Position numbers and translations under genes: made by a program
Notes under the pieces: generated by a model
What the model saw: only the letters and a program-made list of their open reading frames with translations
What the model was told of the DNA's origin: nothing
Databases searched by the model: none
In this document: positions 46,451-56,237 of the stretch, in pieces
Layout of the letters: each line of letters opens with the position of its first letter
Position numbering within the stretch: the stretch's first letter is position 1
NCBI GenBank assembly: GCA_965205655.1
Contig: CBDBIJ010000091.1
Coordinates: 1-64,000, forward strand
Source: Candidatus Latescibacterota bacterium
GTDB lineage: Bacteria; Latescibacterota; UBA2968; UBA8231
Direction of reading: 5' to 3'
DNA: 64,000 nt

Positions 46451-48016
46451 TCAAGGTGTACCCTCCTCGAAGCAGTCGTGCTTCCAGAGCGAAATTCTCT
46501 CAGGAGCCCGGATCCCACTCCCGGGAAGAGTGATCTCCTTCATGAAGACGATCTCGAAAGTGCGCAGCCTCTGCGGGCCGGTATGCGCGGAATTCCACTC
46601 GCGGCAGAGATAGCTGCCGTAGTATGGACGGTGCGGTGCATTGCGCTTCAGCCACAGGTTCGTCATGTATTTGCGCCACCTGAGATCGGTGAAGGACGCC
46701 GCGACAGAGGAAGGCTTTGAGTAGAAAAACTGTGTCTGCACCTGCGGTCTGCCAGTCTCGGCGCGAAACAAATCTACCTGGGAGCCATCGGCGAGCTTGC
46801 CGGGAATGACGAACCACCCATCCTCCTTCGTCGGAGAGGGCGCGAACATGTTCCAGATCTGATCCACGCGCAGAAGGAATCCGAAAGAGTCGATATCGGT
46901 GGGGAAATAGCGGGCGTATTGGTCATGGTCGAGGGTTCTGACATTCCAGGCGGTGACGTAGACGAGGACGAGAGCTGCAAAAAGCTGCGAGGCAAGGCCG
47001 GACCTGCCAGGACGTCGCCCGAAGCGGAGGGGAGCGAGGAAGGGCGGCATCGCAGCGCCACGCGAGGACAGCTGTCTGTACAGAAAATCGCTGGCGCCGG
47101 CGATGGGAGGCGAACTCAATACCGGCGCGCATGTTCGCTGGAGATAATTCCACACACCTGTCGGAATGACCGCCAACCAAGCCACCGAGCATATGGCGGG
47201 AAACAGGCCGAGCTCCATGGTCAACGCCAGCCCGACATGAAAGCAGACGAAGCAGGCGATGAGGGCCGCTCTGATGTAACAGAGAAAAAATGGAAAGAGC
47301 AGGAACAGGGGGAGAATCCACTCCAGGATAAAGGTGGCCCTCGTCATCAACTGCAGGAGTTCGGTGTGGTCGAGAAGCCGCTGCCCGAGTGGCGTCGCAA
47401 CCCAGTCGATGCTCAGGGCGTAATACACCGCATCGGCTCGGTGCCACCAGTAGTCGGGAGACTTCAGCGCCGCCGAAAACAGATAGATGCAAGCGATTTG
47501 CACCAGGAGGGCCACCGAACCTGCAGAGACGATGCGATCCGGTGCTTTCGTCGAATCATTGTCCATCGCCGCATCGACGGAGTATCGCGCTCCCAGGGGC
47601 AGAAAGAGGGCCCAGAACAGGATGAGTCTGAGGACGACGTCGCCGCCGTGAATGAGCATCGGGTTGCGGGTGTGGATGGAGATGAGCAGAAGCCACGAGG
47701 CGATGGCCGAAAAGCGGGTGCCGAAACCGAGCGCGAGCGACAGCGCGAAACCGGCGGCCAGCGTCATCAATGCCGCCTGGAAGAATGGCTCGCCGCTGAT
47801 TGAATGGAGTGACACAAGCCAGCCAGCCTGAAATTCCAGGAGGGCGTCCCTGGGCAGCACCCCGTCGTCGCTATAGTGACTGACGAGTCCGGGCAGGCGA
47901 CCGGCGAGATCGAGGAGCAGGATGAAGCCGAGTCCGATGCGGAGCAGGGCCAGCGATCTGAGGTCGAGGCCGAACATCTCGCCGAGCAGATGTCGAGCTC
48001 GAACCATACTTCTCAC
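46451..48016 (-). CDS. HTTM domain membrane protein (vitamin-K-dependent carboxylase-like TM domain)
   Basis: DLRSLALLRI, HYSDDGVLPR, RNPMLIHGGD, LPLGARYSVD, QIACIYLFSAALK, DQIWNMFAP. Confidence 0.88.
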   Translation of the reverse strand: MRSMVRARHLLGEMFGLDLRSLALLRIGLGFILLLDLAGRLPGLVSHYSDDGVLPRDALLEFQAGWLVSLHSISGEPFFQAALMTLAAGFALSLALGFGTRFSAIASWLLLISIHTRNPMLIHGGDVVLRLILFWALFLPLGARYSVDAAMDNDSTKAPDRIVSAGSVALLVQIACIYLFSAALKSPDYWWHRADAVYYALSIDWVATPLGQRLLDHTELLQLMTRATFILEWILPLFLLFPFFLCYIRAALIACFVCFHVGLALTMELGLFPAICSVAWLAVIPTGVWNYLQRTCAPVLSSPPIAGASDFLYRQLSSRGAAMPPFLAPLRFGRRPGRSGLASQLFAALVLVYVTAWNVRTLDHDQYARYFPTDIDSFGFLLRVDQIWNMFAPSPTKEDGWFVIPGKLADGSQVDLFRAETGRPQVQTQFFYSKPSSVAASFTDLRWRKYMTNLWLKRNAPHRPYYGSYLCREWNSAHTGPQRLRTFEIVFMKEITLPGSGIRAPERISLWKHDCFEEGTP

Positions 48017-49749
48017 CGACGGCGACGACCTGACGCCAGCGCCAACAGGCGTCGTCGGTGCCGATCAAAGGTGACGGGGTTCTGAACGTAGGAGGTGCCG
48101 CTGCGGATTACCTGGTCGACAATCTCGTCGGCTCGAGCAGCGCGCTTCGGGTCCTCGCGGAGCATGGCCATCAGCTCGTAGTCCTCGATGCCGTTGCGCA
48201 TGGCGGTGAATCGCAGGGAGCCGTAGACCCGCTTGCCACCCGGCCAGATGATGTGGGTGTCGCCAGGCGGCAGCTTCAACTTTCCGTCGGGTGTCTGCTC
48301 AGCCTCGGCGGGGACGGTCCATTTCCACGGGTCCTGCCCCGGGCGGTAGAAATTGAGCCCCCAGTGCAAATATCCGGTCGTCCCCGTGATGTAGTTGTAC
48401 CAGTGGAGCAGGCGGGTGCGGATCAGCGGAAAATCGAGCAGCCGGTTCAGCCATTTCCCCCGAGGCCCACAGCAGGTGTAATACCACGTCTCGACACCGC
48501 AACGTCGGTTCTGTTCGGCAAATGTCCTCTCGCGTCTCGGACCGCCAAGGTAGGACGGCACGATGACATCGGAGGCGCCATTGAGACCTTCGATGTGCAC
48601 GGCATCGATGGTTTTCACCCCCGGCAGGAGCTGGCGCACGATGAGGCTGAGGTGGCGGTAGTGCTCGCCCTGTTCGGGCAACGGCTCGTCGAACAGGTGC
48701 TGGTAGTAGATGTCCTGCCAGCCGTGCCGGCCGAGGAATTCCCAGAAGGGGACGAGCCACTCACGCAGCAGGGCATGGCCTTCCAGTGTCGTCGGCACCG
48801 GTCCGAGCACGCTCGCCTTCTGCTCGTTTTTGCCGCGCGGCCGCTGGGCGCTTCTCGTTTCATCCCCGAAAGCACCGCCGGGAGCCGCCCAGTTCATGAA
48901 GGTGACACTGTCCTTCAGCGCGTGGCGGTGACTGATGTGCGGGCCCTCGATCTGCGTAAAGCCCTGAGCCAGGAACAGGCGGATGTAGCGCGCCAGGCGC
49001 TCGAGATTCATGTGGACCTCGCCGTCCACCAGTCTGAGATCGAAGACCTCCGGTTTCACCCAGAACATGGTCTGGCGGTGGGCGGCCATCAGCTTGGCGC
49101 TCTCGCGTAGCACCCTCCAGAACGGTTCGCTCCACATCTCGACGCCGTGGACCTGAGCCATGCGGGTGATGTTGAACCAGTTCGTGACCTTCAGCTTCTG
49201 CTCTTCGGGCAGGGTGGCGGCGTACACCTCCAGCTCGACGGGCACCTCGACGCTGTGGCTATCAGAGAGAATCTCCACCTGTCCGCTGTAGAGGCCGGGT
49301 TTGGCATCGGCAGGGATGGCGTAGTCCACGAACAGCACGACCGGACGACCCGGCCGCTCACGAATGCCGCGTCTGGCCGGCACGAGCGGCTCGGCCAGTT
49401 CAAAGGGGGCCTCACGCACGACCTGGCGACGCGCCTTGGCCGTCAGATCCGTGGTGGTCATGTGGTAGAGAAACCCCTTCGGCGCTGGTTCGTCACCGAA
49501 GGTCGAGTTCTCCTCGCACGGCACGAAGACAACGTGATAGGTCGCGGGGGCCGGCAGCGTCCCTCCGCCCCTGCGGCGCAGGTCCCCCGCTCGCACTTCG
49601 ACCGCCCCCTCGGACCCCACTACCAACTGGCAACCGCTGTGCCCCCGGCGCGGACCGAACAGCTCGACCGCCGGAGCGGTGCGGCGTCGCCTCGGCCAGC
49701 TATCGTGAAAGGCCCGGTCCAGTTCGTGCAATACTTCGACTGTCAACAT
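48013..49749 (-). CDS. DUF4091 / GH123-like glycoside hydrolase domain protein
   Basis: LFDEP, WYYTCCGP, GYLHWGLN, PGDTHIIWPG, SLRFTAMRNGIEDYEL. Confidence 0.82.
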   Translation of the reverse strand: MLTVEVLHELDRAFHDSWPRRRRTAPAVELFGPRRGHSGCQLVVGSEGAVEVRAGDLRRRGGGTLPAPATYHVVFVPCEENSTFGDEPAPKGFLYHMTTTDLTAKARRQVVREAPFELAEPLVPARRGIRERPGRPVVLFVDYAIPADAKPGLYSGQVEILSDSHSVEVPVELEVYAATLPEEQKLKVTNWFNITRMAQVHGVEMWSEPFWRVLRESAKLMAAHRQTMFWVKPEVFDLRLVDGEVHMNLERLARYIRLFLAQGFTQIEGPHISHRHALKDSVTFMNWAAPGGAFGDETRSAQRPRGKNEQKASVLGPVPTTLEGHALLREWLVPFWEFLGRHGWQDIYYQHLFDEPLPEQGEHYRHLSLIVRQLLPGVKTIDAVHIEGLNGASDVIVPSYLGGPRRERTFAEQNRRCGVETWYYTCCGPRGKWLNRLLDFPLIRTRLLHWYNYITGTTGYLHWGLNFYRPGQDPWKWTVPAEAEQTPDGKLKLPPGDTHIIWPGGKRVYGSLRFTAMRNGIEDYELMAMLREDPKRAARADEIVDQVIRSGTSYVQNPVTFDRHRRRLLALASGRRRR

Positions 49750-49783
49750 GTATGGAAGGGCAACTCCCCGCCGGCTTGTCCGG

Positions 49784-50644
49784 TCAAATGATGGCCAGTG
49801 GATTCACCGGACTCGCCGTGGCGCCGGCGATTCGCAGCGGTGCCGCCACAAAGAGGAATTCGTACACCTGATCCGCAGCAAGTTCCTCGAGGTTGAGGTA
49901 CTCCATGAGGTGCACCCCGAGGTCGCGCAGCATGTAGTGGTGGAGCGACTTGCCCTGCGGCGGCCACGCCTCCACGGCGCCGTTGTCGGCGCCCAGGACG
50001 CCGATGTCGCGCTGCGCCAGCCACTCCCAGCACACCGAGGCGAGTCCTGGAAAGCAAGCGCGCACGCGGTCTCCCTCGCGGCAGAATCGGCCGTACCAGC
50101 CGGTGCGCACGAGGAGGATGTCGGCAGCGCGAATCTCGACACTCTGCCGTCGGATGGCCTCGTCCAGGTCCGACGCTGAAATGGCATGGCCGTCATCCAG
50201 AAAGTCGACGTCAAAAAGTGGGGGGATGTCCAGCAGAATGCCGCGGCCGACGATGGCGCCAGCCTTCGAGATGTCGCATCTGGCAGCGCCATCGCTCGAG
50301 ACGACGTCGCAGTGATGACGATTGTAGAGCTGGCCGTCGTACCAGGTGTGGGCGAAGGCGTCGAGGTGACTGGACGTGTGGAGGTTCATGGTGAGCACAT
50401 CTTCAGCGCCCCCACCTCCGCCCGGCGACGGGTCGTTGTGGTAGCTGGTGCTGATCCCGGGCTTGGCCCGGCTCGGTCCGGCTGCTGATTCTTCGCCGAC
50501 GGTGGTTCCGAGGCAGTAGACCCTCCCCTCTTTCACCAGGTCAGCAGCCCGCTTTACGATCTCCGGCGTCAGGAGATTGAGAGCGCCACGCTCGTCGTGT
50601 TCACCCCAGCGTCCCCAATTCGATTGACGACCGGGATTACTCAT
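49784..50644 (-). CDS. Cyclase family (kynurenine formamidase-like) metal-dependent hydrolase
   Basis: NWGRWG..DERGALN, HTSSHLDAFAH, LLVRTGW, APLRIAGATASPVNPLAI. Confidence 0.92.
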   Translation of the reverse strand: MSNPGRQSNWGRWGEHDERGALNLLTPEIVKRAADLVKEGRVYCLGTTVGEESAAGPSRAKPGISTSYHNDPSPGGGGGAEDVLTMNLHTSSHLDAFAHTWYDGQLYNRHHCDVVSSDGAARCDISKAGAIVGRGILLDIPPLFDVDFLDDGHAISASDLDEAIRRQSVEIRAADILLVRTGWYGRFCREGDRVRACFPGLASVCWEWLAQRDIGVLGADNGAVEAWPPQGKSLHHYMLRDLGVHLMEYLNLEELAADQVYEFLFVAAPLRIAGATASPVNPLAII

Positions 50645-52881
50645 TTTTTCATGACGACGCGAAAGATACGCGCGTCGTATGGCTGGTAATGGACGACAAA
50701 AGACGTCGTTTCGGTAAAAGACCTCGCGCTGCCAGCTTCTTCTTCATCGGGAACGAGGTTGTCCGGATCGTTCTCGAACATGATATGGACGCTCGCCAGC
50801 TCTCCGGGAAAGGTCCACTCCGCGTTCAGGACCGCCTCGTCGATGTTGACTGTGAGAAGCACGAAGCCGCCGTCGGGATGGGGCTTGAGCATGGCTCGGA
50901 TGTCGGCAGGGGTCCGCATGGTGCCCTTGGTTATGCTCACGGAGTAGTCGACCTCCGGCCCCACCGTCGGGGAGAGGATGACCGGTTTCAGTTCTGCGAA
51001 CTCGGCATTGAACTGAGCCGCCGTCTCCCAGACCGCTTTCGATTGCTGCAGCTTGAGCGGCGACGCAGAGCCCTTCGTGTCGGAGTGGGGTTGGGGGTCC
51101 GCGTGCAAGCCGATGATACGCGTGGCGCGCCAGGCCCTGTGATCCCAGGTCCAGTAGATGATTCCAGTGGCGCCGTGTATGACGGAGGACCAGGCGGCGG
51201 CGCGCAATTCCTCAGGGCTTGGGAAGCGGAAATACCAGGGTGCGTCCGGATTGGCCTGCTCGAATCCGGGAAGGATCATCCAGACCGGTTTGGCCTCGTC
51301 CGTGGCTGTGGCGGCGGCCCAGACCATACGCGGGATACCGATTGTATCCGATGAGAGCTCACTGACTCGCACGCCGCGATGCTTGAACGGGTAGTTGTCC
51401 AGGCAGACGATGTCGATGTGGCGCAGCCAATCGCCCCAGCCGTACTGCGGCGCGTCGAGCTCCGGCGACATGTTGACGTAGGTGGGCATATCGGGGAAAA
51501 CGCGATGGAGCGCTTCCCGATTGCTGTCGTAGACATCGCGCCAGCCACGTTGGATCTCATCCACCGGATCGTCGCTCGAACGCCCGGAGCCGCCGGTGAA
51601 GACGTAGGGTTCGTCGATCGTGTACTGGGCCAGCACGTGGGAGCGATCGACAAATTCGCCGTGACTGACCCAGTGATCGCCCCGGCCCCGTCCGGTGATG
51701 AGCACCTGGAGATCGTGCTCCTGCGCCAGCGGATAGAGCTCCTTCGGCGAGATCCAGATGTGAGTGATGGTGTTGAAATGGGCCGCCTTCAGACTCTCGA
51801 AGTCGGAATCGAGGCCGACGCCGTAAATGCCGATGGGGAGGAACGATCTCTCAGGGTCGTACTCGGTCATGACATGACCCTGGCTGTCGGTATGAGGCAC
51901 GCCGTTGCGGTACAGAGTCTGAATCGCCGTCTGCGGGGCTGGCTGTCGCCACCGCGGGACCTCGGTGAACGTCCACTCCGGCGGCACCCGTCCCCACTGC
52001 ACAATGGAGCCGTCCTTCCGCAGGCCCAGGTTGTGCCATCCGCCGGCGTCGATGGCGACGAGGTCATCGGCAGGCGCCGGATCGCACTGACCCCAAAGGC
52101 TGTGCCCCCAGCAGTCGACGTTGCCGTCAGCGCGCAGGGCGAGGCTGTGAAACTTGCCGGCGGCGACGGCCGTGAACCCCCTACCACCGGGAGCCTGGCT
52201 CTGTCCGTGCTCGTCGCTTCCCCAGGCGGCGATCGATCCATCCTCTTTGAGCGCCAGGGTGTGATAGTTGCCGGAGGAGAGAGCGACGAAGTCGTCTCCG
52301 GCAGGCGTGCCTTCGGCATTGCTCTCCTGCCCCCAGGAGCGCAGGGACCCGTCGCGCCGCCGCACCACGCTGTGTCGACCACCGGCAGAGATTGCGACCG
52401 CGTCCGCCACATCGGCGGGCACGTCGATCTGGCCGTTGCGATTCATGCCCCAGGCGGCGACCGTTCCGTCCGAACGGAGGGCGAGGCTGTGATACACGTA
52501 GCGGTTCGAGTTGGAGGCGGCGACGGCGATGAAGTCACTGCCGGAGGGTGCCTGAAGACGCGCATCTGGATCGAGGAATTGACCGATCGGGTTGTGGCCC
52601 CAGACGACGAGCGAGCCGTCCGCACGCAGGGCGATGCTGTGAAAGTGGCCGACGGCAATGGTGGTGAAGTCGTCACCCTCCGGCACGTCGGTTTGGCCGT
52701 AGTCGTTCCAGCCCCAGGCCACCAGAGATCCGTCATCGCGCAGGGCGAGACTGTGATAGGCGCCGGCGGCGATGGCTGCGAATCCCGTACCCTCCGGGGC
52801 TTCAGCGGGCGATGACGCGGAGGACTGCGCCACTGGCGGAATAAAGGCGATGAATGTGATCAGCAAGCGTAGCGTTCGCAT
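50641..52881 (-). CDS. Secreted RCC1/BLIP-II repeat protein fused to a glycoside hydrolase-like TIM barrel
   Basis: About 7 repeats of AIAAGxYHSLALRxDGSxxAWG; C-terminal half FLPIGIY...IDEP...DNYPF...PVWMIL...GATGIIYW. Confidence 0.8.
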   Translation of the reverse strand: MRTLRLLITFIAFIPPVAQSSASSPAEAPEGTGFAAIAAGAYHSLALRDDGSLVAWGWNDYGQTDVPEGDDFTTIAVGHFHSIALRADGSLVVWGHNPIGQFLDPDARLQAPSGSDFIAVAASNSNRYVYHSLALRSDGTVAAWGMNRNGQIDVPADVADAVAISAGGRHSVVRRRDGSLRSWGQESNAEGTPAGDDFVALSSGNYHTLALKEDGSIAAWGSDEHGQSQAPGGRGFTAVAAGKFHSLALRADGNVDCWGHSLWGQCDPAPADDLVAIDAGGWHNLGLRKDGSIVQWGRVPPEWTFTEVPRWRQPAPQTAIQTLYRNGVPHTDSQGHVMTEYDPERSFLPIGIYGVGLDSDFESLKAAHFNTITHIWISPKELYPLAQEHDLQVLITGRGRGDHWVSHGEFVDRSHVLAQYTIDEPYVFTGGSGRSSDDPVDEIQRGWRDVYDSNREALHRVFPDMPTYVNMSPELDAPQYGWGDWLRHIDIVCLDNYPFKHRGVRVSELSSDTIGIPRMVWAAATATDEAKPVWMILPGFEQANPDAPWYFRFPSPEELRAAAWSSVIHGATGIIYWTWDHRAWRATRIIGLHADPQPHSDTKGSASPLKLQQSKAVWETAAQFNAEFAELKPVILSPTVGPEVDYSVSITKGTMRTPADIRAMLKPHPDGGFVLLTVNIDEAVLNAEWTFPGELASVHIMFENDPDNLVPDEEEAGSARSFTETTSFVVHYQPYDARIFRVVMKK

Positions 52882-52903
52882 GACGTCGTCTCACAGGGAG
52901 GGG

Positions 52904-53917
52904 TCAAAGGGGCCTTATCACCACGTCCTTCAGATACTGGTTTCCGAAGTCGCTCCGGTCCCCGATCCTGGCCCTTCCGTCCGATACGAAGCGGGCCGAC
53001 AGTGGTTTGTCGTAGCGTCGGGACAATCTCTGCAAAACGTTCAGGATCTCCAACACTCTGTTCGGGGATTCATCGATCCCGATCGGGTAGGTGTCGACGC
53101 CCAGCCCGCTGTGCAAGGACAGAAAGATGTTTCGCTCTATCGAAAAACGCCCCGCTTCGTACTCCCGAGCAAGCTCGAAATCCTCGAGGCAGGGAAACAT
53201 GAGCCTGCAGAACCCAACCGGTCTGGGGTTGTGTTTCACGATGAATTCGGAGATGCGCAGGTACAGGTCCGTGCTCGCTGAAGCGGCAAAATCGCCGCTC
53301 ACTCTGTTGACGAAATTGACAAAGCTGCTCCTCCCTTCGAAAAGCGACGCAATGGACGAATCGATTCCCAGAAATTCCGTCTCATCGCGGAAGAGGGAAA
53401 GGATCTCATCCCACACAGCTCGCATGCGGTCGAACCACTCCTCGAGTGACCGGCAGTCAGCGGCCAGGTCCGTCGGCTGAAGGCCAACGGCAAAACCATC
53501 TGAGCCGTACGAGGCGGAGGGGAAGTAGGGACTCGATTCCACGTTTCGAAAGGTGTGAGTGAAGTTGAAGGTCTTGCTCGGTTGGCGGCGAATGATCGCG
53601 AACAGCAGAGCGGTGTCGTCGATGCCCACCCCGTCGCTGAGGTCGACATTGAAAGCCACGTTGCCAGCGCTGAGGAAGTCGTCCAGCTGGGCGCGGGCCG
53701 AGGATCTGTTGAGTGTGCCGACGCTCAAATAGAGCGTTTCGTCAGGGAAGGCCGCATCGATCTCGGCAACCGACATGCCGCCGGCGCAGATCCGCTTCGT
53801 CTGAATGTCGAAGCCCCGATTCTCCATCATCAGCGACAACCGCTCGATCTCCTCCACGACGGTAGGGCCCGGCCGGCGGGAGAAGAAACAGATGGTTCTG
53901 ACGGTTTTGTCCGGCAT
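52904..53917 (-). CDS. DUF711 (UPF0210)-like protein
   Basis: VRTICFF...QTKRI, PYFPSA, GIDSS, GFCRLMFPCLED..LA, GLGVDTYPIG, KPLSARF. Confidence 0.75.
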   Translation of the reverse strand: MPDKTVRTICFFSRRPGPTVVEEIERLSLMMENRGFDIQTKRICAGGMSVAEIDAAFPDETLYLSVGTLNRSSARAQLDDFLSAGNVAFNVDLSDGVGIDDTALLFAIIRRQPSKTFNFTHTFRNVESSPYFPSASYGSDGFAVGLQPTDLAADCRSLEEWFDRMRAVWDEILSLFRDETEFLGIDSSIASLFEGRSSFVNFVNRVSGDFAASASTDLYLRISEFIVKHNPRPVGFCRLMFPCLEDFELAREYEAGRFSIERNIFLSLHSGLGVDTYPIGIDESPNRVLEILNVLQRLSRRYDKPLSARFVSDGRARIGDRSDFGNQYLKDVVIRPL

Positions 53918-55626
53918 CAGGGGCTGCGTCGGTCAGCGAGCCGGGCAGCGATCTCGTGGATTTCCGCCGCTCGCCCCGGCCGCAAACGAGCCGCGGTGTC
54001 GAAGTGACTGAGGGCGCTGTCGATCTCGCCTCGCTGGCCGAAGACCATGGCGAGATTGTAGTGCGCCTCGGCCAGGTCCGGGCGCAGCTCGAGCGCGCGG
54101 CGCAGGTGCTTCTGGGCAACCGCGAACTGCCGCCGAGTCGCCTGGACAATCGCGACGCTGAGGTGGGCGTCGGTGTAATCGGGCTCGATCCGCAGGGCTG
54201 CCTCGAGCCGCGGCAAGGCGCTGTCCGCGTCGCCGGCTGCCAGGTGGAGCGACCCCAAGCCGAACTGATAGCCGGCGTTGTCGGGATCGACCTCCAGCAT
54301 GGTCTCGTAGCCGGCGATTTCCTGTTGCAGCCACTTGCGGGAAAAATCCCGCTTGAGGGTGTCGAGATCGGCCTCGCTGGAGGGCAACACCTGCAGCACG
54401 AGGTCCCCCATTTCGTCACTCGACCGGACCCCGAACAGAACGCGCCGCGGTGGGTCGCTGGGGTTGCGCACGTTGGCGCTCGAGTTGTCGTAGGTGTGGC
54501 GCATGACCAGGGTGGTGCCACCGGGCAGGAAGACCGGCCGGGCATAGCGGTAGTAGTCCTGCCAATCGAAATCCCAGTCGTCGATGCGGATGAGCCATTT
54601 TCTGTCGCCTCCCGGCAGCAGCGCCAGGGCCTCGATTGTCTTGCCGAGGTAGTGAGCGTGCGGAAACACGCTGAGAACCTGGACGTCGACGGGCAACTCA
54701 TACGTGTCTTCATACTCGACGCTCGGCGCTCCGGCCGGAAGGTCGATATCCTTGCGGCTGAGCCGCAGCAGGGTGGGGGTTCGGGTCGGCGGTTCGTCGC
54801 TGAAGAAGAAGCCGGCCTTTGCCTTTATAGGCTCGGGCTTGCCGCTGGGAAGCAGGTGCAGCATCAGCACGAGGTCGGTGCCCGGATGTGCTGTCCAGGC
54901 GAGGCTGTCCGGGACGGCGAAAGGCATCGTGCCTGGCGCCCAGCCGAGAAAGTGTCCGTCAGGCTTGAAGGCCTCACCAAAGTCCATGCCCTCGAACCCC
55001 GGCCCGGGGTCTCGAACGTCGCGCTTTCTGGCCGCCCCCGATCGATCGAACATGATGACGCCATGATGGACGATGCGGGGGTTACCGGGCCGCAGCTCCA
55101 CCGCCACCACGTGCCGTGGCTCGCTCAACGGGAGGGGGATCACGAAGTTGCGGAACACATCGCCGCCGCCCGCCTGCAGCGAGTAGGCCTCCGTCATTTC
55201 AACCACCAGATCGGGCTGGCCCAGCTGCCACCCTTTTGGCCACTCCGGTTGAGGCGGCAGGTCTGCAGGCTCACCTTCCAGTGCCCCCTCGTCGACCCAC
55301 CTCTGAATGCGCCCGATCTGAGCCTCGCCCAACCGACGCACACCGACAAAATCACCGTAGCCGGGCTCCGGCTTCCACGGCGGCATGTAGCGCTTCTGAG
55401 TCACGTCGGCGACAAGGCGGGCCCGCCTTTTGACGTCGGTGTAGGTCAGGAGACTGAACGGCGCTGATTCGCCCGGCCGGTGGCAGCCGGAGCAGTGCTG
55501 GAAGATGATGGGAGCGATGTCTCTGTTGAAGGAAAGCGCCTCAGCGCCCGATTCGGGTCGGTCGGCGCCACACCCCAGCCACATCGCGACTCCGGCGAAT
55601 GCGAGGGCGCTTTGGAATCGACTCAT
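53917..55626 (-). CDS. Lipoprotein with a CxxCH heme motif, PHM-type copper monooxygenase domains and TPRs
   Basis: Lipobox WLGC; CSGCH; MPPW; IVHH; LMLH; FPHAHYLG; WDFDWQ; SSDEM; C-terminal TPRs. Confidence 0.85.
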   Translation of the reverse strand: MSRFQSALAFAGVAMWLGCGADRPESGAEALSFNRDIAPIIFQHCSGCHRPGESAPFSLLTYTDVKRRARLVADVTQKRYMPPWKPEPGYGDFVGVRRLGEAQIGRIQRWVDEGALEGEPADLPPQPEWPKGWQLGQPDLVVEMTEAYSLQAGGGDVFRNFVIPLPLSEPRHVVAVELRPGNPRIVHHGVIMFDRSGAARKRDVRDPGPGFEGMDFGEAFKPDGHFLGWAPGTMPFAVPDSLAWTAHPGTDLVLMLHLLPSGKPEPIKAKAGFFFSDEPPTRTPTLLRLSRKDIDLPAGAPSVEYEDTYELPVDVQVLSVFPHAHYLGKTIEALALLPGGDRKWLIRIDDWDFDWQDYYRYARPVFLPGGTTLVMRHTYDNSSANVRNPSDPPRRVLFGVRSSDEMGDLVLQVLPSSEADLDTLKRDFSRKWLQQEIAGYETMLEVDPDNAGYQFGLGSLHLAAGDADSALPRLEAALRIEPDYTDAHLSVAIVQATRRQFAVAQKHLRRALELRPDLAEAHYNLAMVFGQRGEIDSALSHFDTAARLRPGRAAEIHEIAARLADRRSP

Positions 55627-56222
55627 TTCAGGTCAGCGATGTAGCAGCCCACGGCGCGGGTCGTCTCGACTCTGGCCGGGCGTCCGGCGATGACGGCGTC
55701 GAGAGCATCCTCGAGGTCGCGCCTGGTGGGGGTGTCGCGTCTGCGGTCGAAATCAACGTAGCGATTGTCGATGCGGCCGCGGTAGGCCATCTCACCGGCA
55801 GCGTCGAAAACGGCGACCTCCGGCGTGACCTCGGCCCCGGTCAGTCTCACGAGTTCGTGCTTGGTGTCGCGCAGTGCCGCGAGGGGGTAGTCGTACTCGG
55901 TGAGGTGCCGGCGAATCGCACCGGGCGTCTCGTCCGGATCGACATAGACCAGGACAAATTGCACACCTCTGGATGCGAACCTGTCGTGGATGCGGCGGAC
56001 TTCCGGAGCGTAGCGATTAGAAATAGGACAGTCGGAACGTGTGAAGATCAGGACAGACGTCTGATCGTCCACCATGCTAAGCGGGTCGACGATGCGGCCA
56101 TCCAGGTCGACGACCGCCGAGAATCGCGGTGCAGGCCAGGTGAAAAACACCACCACCACCGCCGTCAAAGCCAATCCGATGATGACCGCTCTGCGATTCA
56201 CGATGCTTCGTCTTTCATTCAA
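55623..56222 (-). CDS. Redoxin/thioredoxin-fold (AhpC/TSA-like) membrane-anchored protein
   Basis: FTRSDCPISNRY, GAEVTPEV, YRGRIDN, TRAVGCYI. ATGA overlap with the downstream gene. Start may be GTG 56201. Confidence 0.87.
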   Translation of the reverse strand: MNERRSIVNRRAVIIGLALTAVVVVFFTWPAPRFSAVVDLDGRIVDPLSMVDDQTSVLIFTRSDCPISNRYAPEVRRIHDRFASRGVQFVLVYVDPDETPGAIRRHLTEYDYPLAALRDTKHELVRLTGAEVTPEVAVFDAAGEMAYRGRIDNRYVDFDRRRDTPTRRDLEDALDAVIAGRPARVETTRAVGCYIADLK

Positions 56223-56237
56223 GAGATGTCCGAGCGC

